DNA from: Laetmonice hystrix
Lineage: Eukaryota
NCBI GenBank assembly: GCA_965235115.1
Contig: OZ249445.1
Location: forward strand, 10,354,001 to 10,418,000
Length of the DNA: 64,000 nt
Direction of reading: 5' to 3'
A program made the translations under genes and the position numbers. The notes beneath the pieces are model-generated. The model made no database searches. It saw only the letters and a program-made list of their open reading frames with translations, and had not been told where the DNA came from. This document shows, one piece after another, positions 63,101-64,000 of this stretch (position 1 is the first letter of the stretch; each line of letters begins with the position of its first letter).

Positions 63101-63811
63101 TTAAGAGATGGCCTTAGGTCATGCTCCTCTGGAAAGTTAAAAAAAAGGGACATCAACGAATGCAATCTCAGGAAAGTCTTGTTTGGAAATATGAAGATTT
63201 TCTGGTTAAAATAATGCACTTTTTACACTCCTGTTTTACAAAAATGTCCTTAATATAGTATTTTTTTTCAAGGTGGGGGGGGGGGGGCGGGATACTTGGA
63301 AAGGCCCCTGGATACGCTACTGTAAAAGGTACCTCTCCCGTATAGTCCATTTGAAAACGGATTCATTCGTATGACCAACACTAACCAAGGGGCACCATGG
63401 ACATGAAATATGCAACCATGACTTTCCATCTAGGTGTTCCAACATATTATTATTTACTTGTTTATTCGATAGCCCAAACAGCTTGCATTGCATTGAACCC
63501 CCAAACAACCCTCAGTATAGTGATACACCGACAACCTTGCAGTATATCGATAACCCTAATTCCATCTCCCTCCATAACGGCCACAATACCAAGGTAATGT
63601 GTACCTCCCCTCTGAACGACTCTGTAATGGTTCCCCTGAGGTAGATGTAGAGGTGGCAGCACACAGCCATCACCAATTGATGGTTGTTAATTCAGCCTCA
63701 CATTACACCCTTTGCTCAGATTACAGTGTACAGATCAGAGACAGGTCTCGGCTCGGACGGCATCCTTTCCCCGTTAACCTGTCCCACGGGATCCTCTATC
63801 ACCTCCGCCAT
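18015..63811 (-). CDS. STAC: STAC-family (SH3 and cysteine-rich domain) adaptor gene, multi-exon, whole span
   Basis: Tandem SH3 with STAC-type sequence (YVVLYNFRGKEKDDLDL..DWWKG..GYFPAKYV..V...V....E...G.VKLLKDQIVIQ...P.KYLHEI*) plus the linker motif DPV[FY]xxL[RK]. Exon phases chain consistently from the candidate ATG at 63811 to the stop at 18015. No C1 exon was found. Confidence 0.85.
18689..18826 (-). CDS. STAC: STAC exon, SH3-1 end and SH3-2 start
   Basis: ttttag|GKANGKVGYFPAKYVEKVNPGEKVLQVVQGLEISEGDNGVKLLKDQ|gtaatc; phases 0-0. Confidence 0.95.
20675..20726 (-). CDS. STAC: STAC exon, SH3-1 middle (WW motif)
   Basis: ttccag|(R)AGWRVNAIDTSDPDWWK|gtaggt; phases 2-0. Confidence 0.95.
21065..21222 (-). 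CDS. STAC: STAC exon, SH3-1 start
   Basis: ctgcag|GRGSMEKINEAPPSKMNL(S)9RRTLPTNLYVVLYNFRGKEKDDLDL(R)|gtacat; phases 0-2. Confidence 0.95.
22813..22952 (-). CDS. STAC: STAC linker exon (phase 1 to 0)
   Basis: ccccag|..ASSATAAYARRSKFWNRSTSLDIEDTYDSHSPKSNQSLSPRGGSSP|gtcagt; closes the phase-1 block. Confidence 0.85.
23439..23522 (-). CDS. STAC: STAC linker exon (phase 1-1)
   Basis: ttacttccag|GSRLLSEEVYHPRSAPGSPRTHQRHHSA|gttagt; 84 nt. Confidence 0.7.
24412..24561 (-). CDS. STAC: STAC linker exon (phase 1-1), KSFSLDTP type
   Basis: ttttttcag|APQSPPHRRRKKLNMRMKSFSLDTPDPPKQHAIDETSKKKSSSFTNTCFG|gtgagt; 150 nt. Confidence 0.85.
25680..25742 (-). CDS. Weak candidate phase 1-1 cassette exon
   Basis: gatagcag|VCNDPPVIPVVGGSRCPSPTS|gtaaat; 63 nt; poor pyrimidine tract. 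Confidence 0.3.
25989..26276 (-). CDS. STAC: STAC linker cassette exon, Gln/Ser-rich (phase 1-1)
   Basis: ctttccag|DYDHVTRSHLKKNIDEF...QQQ...RSSSSSPHRSSSGRRSS...; donor gtaatt gives 288 nt (donor less certain). Confidence 0.6.
28202..29566 (-). CDS. STAC: STAC giant low-complexity cassette exon (1365 nt), poly-Q plus SPR-rich repeats
   Basis: Lies within the 465-codon ORF 28170-29567; acceptor ctttacag in phase 1; ends at a GC donor (AAG|gcaatt) or reads through to the stop at 28170; contains a 42-nt coding repeat. Confidence 0.75.
29713..29919 (-). CDS. STAC: STAC linker cassette exon (phase 1-1)
   Basis: ttctttcag|DPTSDG...RRDPMFYIGQPERRSASAHFTLDPQ...REVN|gtaggt; 207 nt. Confidence 0.7.
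31283..31447 (-). CDS. STAC: STAC linker cassette exon (phase 1-1) or alternative terminal exon to the stop at 31011
   Basis: tttcctctcctcag|ALTAQSMRNMPRMKRLSLQLTSSAF...; phase-1 donor AAG|gtcagg at 31283 gives 165 nt; the ORF also continues to 31011. Confidence 0.6.
32581..32747. mobile_element. hAT-like MITE with a degenerate 8-bp TSD
   Basis: caatggcggcgctag...ctggcgccgccactg; flanks aaggtgag / aaagcgag (6/8 identical). Confidence 0.7.
32858..33091 (-). CDS. STAC: STAC linker cassette exon (phase 1-1), RSLSMDSP type
   Basis: ctgcag|VSAGVSRQPSVIETSPG...MEGRSLSMDSPYY...KAHSWTAV...PKT|gtgcgc; 234 nt. Confidence 0.75.
33555..33755 (-). CDS. STAC: STAC linker cassette exon (phase 1-1), RSMSCDT type
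   Basis: aacaaaag|AHGPRMLRYQRSMSCDTEDG...GGATP|gtaatc; 201 nt. Confidence 0.7.
35365..35541 (-). CDS. STAC: STAC linker cassette exon, KSQSLDTP type
   Basis: ctgtag|xRTAKDRRVRFMQETKSQSLDTPY...ERSHSFTAM...RDRE; GC donor AAG|gcatgc (177 nt) or read-through to the stop at 35276. Confidence 0.7.
37489..37614 (-). CDS. STAC: STAC linker cassette exon, RSQSLEEP type
   Basis: ttgtcag|GWRSLRGLKSRSQSLEEPYSYTDSGEVMAAEPWLNSHQPYTE; GC donor AAG|gcaaat (126 nt) or a stop shortly after. Confidence 0.65.
38320..38419. mobile_element. Short MITE related to the 9518 family
   Basis: ggtgcgttttacaa...ttgtgaaacgcacc inverted ends. Confidence 0.55.
39020..39240 (+). promoter_or_regulatory. Promoter-like GC-rich patch inside the STAC linker intron
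   Basis: GC-box CCCCGCCC (~39027), CRE palindrome TGACGTCA (39058-39065) and YY1-like AATATGGCGG (39221) in an otherwise AT-rich intron. Confidence 0.35.
39949..40660 (+). mobile_element. Decayed ORF, possibly a Mutator/MULE-type transposase remnant
   Basis: 175-aa ORF that continues in frame past stops (FVH*WHGESKDHVL...). Loose resemblance from memory to the MULE N-terminal HxHxxxxxxHLxL...GVxxERI...DxxSVxxW pattern; not verified. Confidence 0.3.
41958..42065 (-). CDS. Candidate STAC cassette exon (phase 1-1)
   Basis: ctgttttctactcttctgaag|VSTRYSTSSLGQKHWKSGHPCFHSPKLKDWEKTKQL|gtacgc; 108 nt. Confidence 0.45.
43305..43456 (-). CDS. Candidate STAC alternative terminal exon (phase 1)
   Basis: tttccgttccag|EYMDYDSPFNWPMSDSSDTSSQRCPCPCHTPEVFENYHASLINKNNNKKT*. 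Confidence 0.5.
46251..46427 (-). CDS. STAC: STAC exon with the DPVY motif (phase 1-1)
   Basis: Long pyrimidine tract, ctag|AEEIDPVYSLLKCAADLPRQSK...RSNSRSSSPSS|gtacgt; 177 nt. Confidence 0.8.
47248..47426 (-). CDS. STAC: STAC exon with the DPVF motif, apparently ending in a stop
   Basis: ttcccctccag|EVGDMDPVFTTLRDAMSMRRPTGRSWSGSENDMGHDMEMGASEVFSEDPFRKDQERAYH*; no good phase-1 GT donor seen. Confidence 0.7.
47702..48130 (-). other. Unassigned 142-codon AT-rich intronic ORF
   Basis: Long for AT-rich intron DNA; no recognisable motif and no convincing splice sites. Confidence 0.2.
49228..49236 (-). CDS. STAC: Candidate 9-nt microexon (phase 1-1, GSD)
   Basis: ccttgctctctcag|gcagtgaca|gtgagt; consensus donor, and TGC 9-11 nt upstream of the exon. 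Confidence 0.5.
49827..49911 (-). CDS. STAC: STAC exon (phase 0 to 1), opens the phase-1 block
   Basis: ttttatctag|YSRQSSLKRVLKRKDSKETPSDGEPAIE|gtgagt; 85 nt. Confidence 0.8.
51264..51305 (-). CDS. STAC: STAC small exon (phase 0-0)
   Basis: ttgtcaaaag|HSKTPKAAKLPEPD|gtaagt; 42 nt. Confidence 0.6.
51924..52205 (-). CDS. Candidate STAC alternative terminal exon (phase 0)
   Basis: ttgtttccag|QRGSSHHSFGHSHNSSKASRG...DLLTSPTND*; 282 nt, in frame after the 52530 exon. Confidence 0.55.
   Translation of the reverse strand, partial: QRGSSHHSFGHSHNSSKASRGHDSQQTIAESPLVVQGAEAAPPLLKDRRISRVRGLPSARVSLPNSSSSFSPSSFSPTRYKQSTDLLTSPTND
52530..52712 (-). CDS. STAC: STAC N-terminal exon (phase 0-0)
   Basis: ttttgtccag|IELLSPKQNG...KGMWKKAFKSLKSKDREKDEK...YSKL|gtgagt; 183 nt. 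Confidence 0.85.
54847..54894 (-). CDS. Candidate STAC exon (phase 0-0)
   Basis: taatttgcag|IAAVNLSGCDTGSLYE|gtaagc; 48 nt. Confidence 0.5.
56719..56835 (-). CDS. Candidate alternative first coding exon of STAC
   Basis: ATG preceded by an in-frame stop; MYILLLVLRRCSSEPPRKLYVLKNHTPRRRRRASEPRNR|gtaagt, phase 0. Confidence 0.45.
57790..58320. repeat. Two adjacent C-rich minisatellites (~31-bp and 33-bp units)
   Basis: ccccaaccaaacatcaaactctgcacccccac about 6 times, then cccgccccaaaccttgaactctcacccgccatc-like about 7 times; explains several overlapping repetitive ORFs. Confidence 0.9.
60675..60745 (-). mobile_element. Possible decayed RTE-clade LINE C-terminal fragment
   Basis: WLGHVS then (frameshift) HDGWVSIFLYG resembles the RTE motif WLGHVxRMxDGRxPKxxLYG. 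Confidence 0.4.
61441..61821. repeat. Tandem duplication, 2 x 190 bp
   Basis: cgg(g/t)gccccagttatcaaccccagctggagg... starts at 61441 and 61631; near-identical. Confidence 0.95.
63051..63322. mobile_element. MITE with CAG..GCGTATCCAG TIRs
   Basis: caggggcgtatccag...ctggatacgctactg; flanks caaaa / taaaa (4/5). Confidence 0.7.
63725..63811 (-). CDS. STAC: Candidate first coding exon of STAC
   Basis: Kozak-like gccATGG; MAEVIEDPVGQVNGERMPSEPRPVSDLYT|gtaatc, phase 0, compatible with the 52712 or 54894 acceptor. Confidence 0.65.
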
Positions 63812-64000
63812 GGCCAGGGTCCTCTATATGACAGATACGGCGCCGAATCAACTCGGTATGAACCTACTCGCCCTCTCCTCTTTCAACCGCTACTCCAGTT
63901 GCTGTTCACACCACATAAAGGCTCCTATCTAGATTCCATTCTCTTTGTCCCGATTTTTCGTCCCGAGGCCATTTGAAATTACAGTGCGAGTCAACAGTGG

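Noticed and set aside
63599-63976. + strand 125-aa ORF
   Set aside because: Better explained as the antisense shadow of the minus-strand Kozak-ATG exon at 63725-63811.

Overview
Repeat-rich animal (invertebrate-like) genomic DNA. Most of the window (~18.0-63.8 kb, minus strand) is one multi-exon gene of the STAC (SH3 and cysteine-rich) adaptor family. Its exon chain was assembled by hand from splice signals and reading-frame phases. The chain runs: N-terminal exons, a phase-0-to-1 exon, about 14 phase-1 linker exons, then five exons carrying the tandem C-terminal SH3 domains (stop at 18015). The most unusual feature is the linker. It looks like an array of duplicated symmetric cassette exons sharing two short motifs ([KR]SxS[LM]D[TS]P and [KR][SA][HS]S[FW]T). 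It also has two paralogous DPV[FY] exons, a candidate 9-nt microexon, possible GC-AG donors and several in-frame stop exons that would remove the SH3s. I found no exon encoding the C1 domain typical of STACs. The first ~18 kb is mostly decayed Gypsy LTR-retrotransposon fragments, a 52-bp satellite interleaved with tRNA-derived SINE copies, many MITEs (several CAG-ended with 5-bp target duplications) and a possible compact orphan spliced ORF. All splicing models are predictions from sequence alone; no transcript data or database searches were available.
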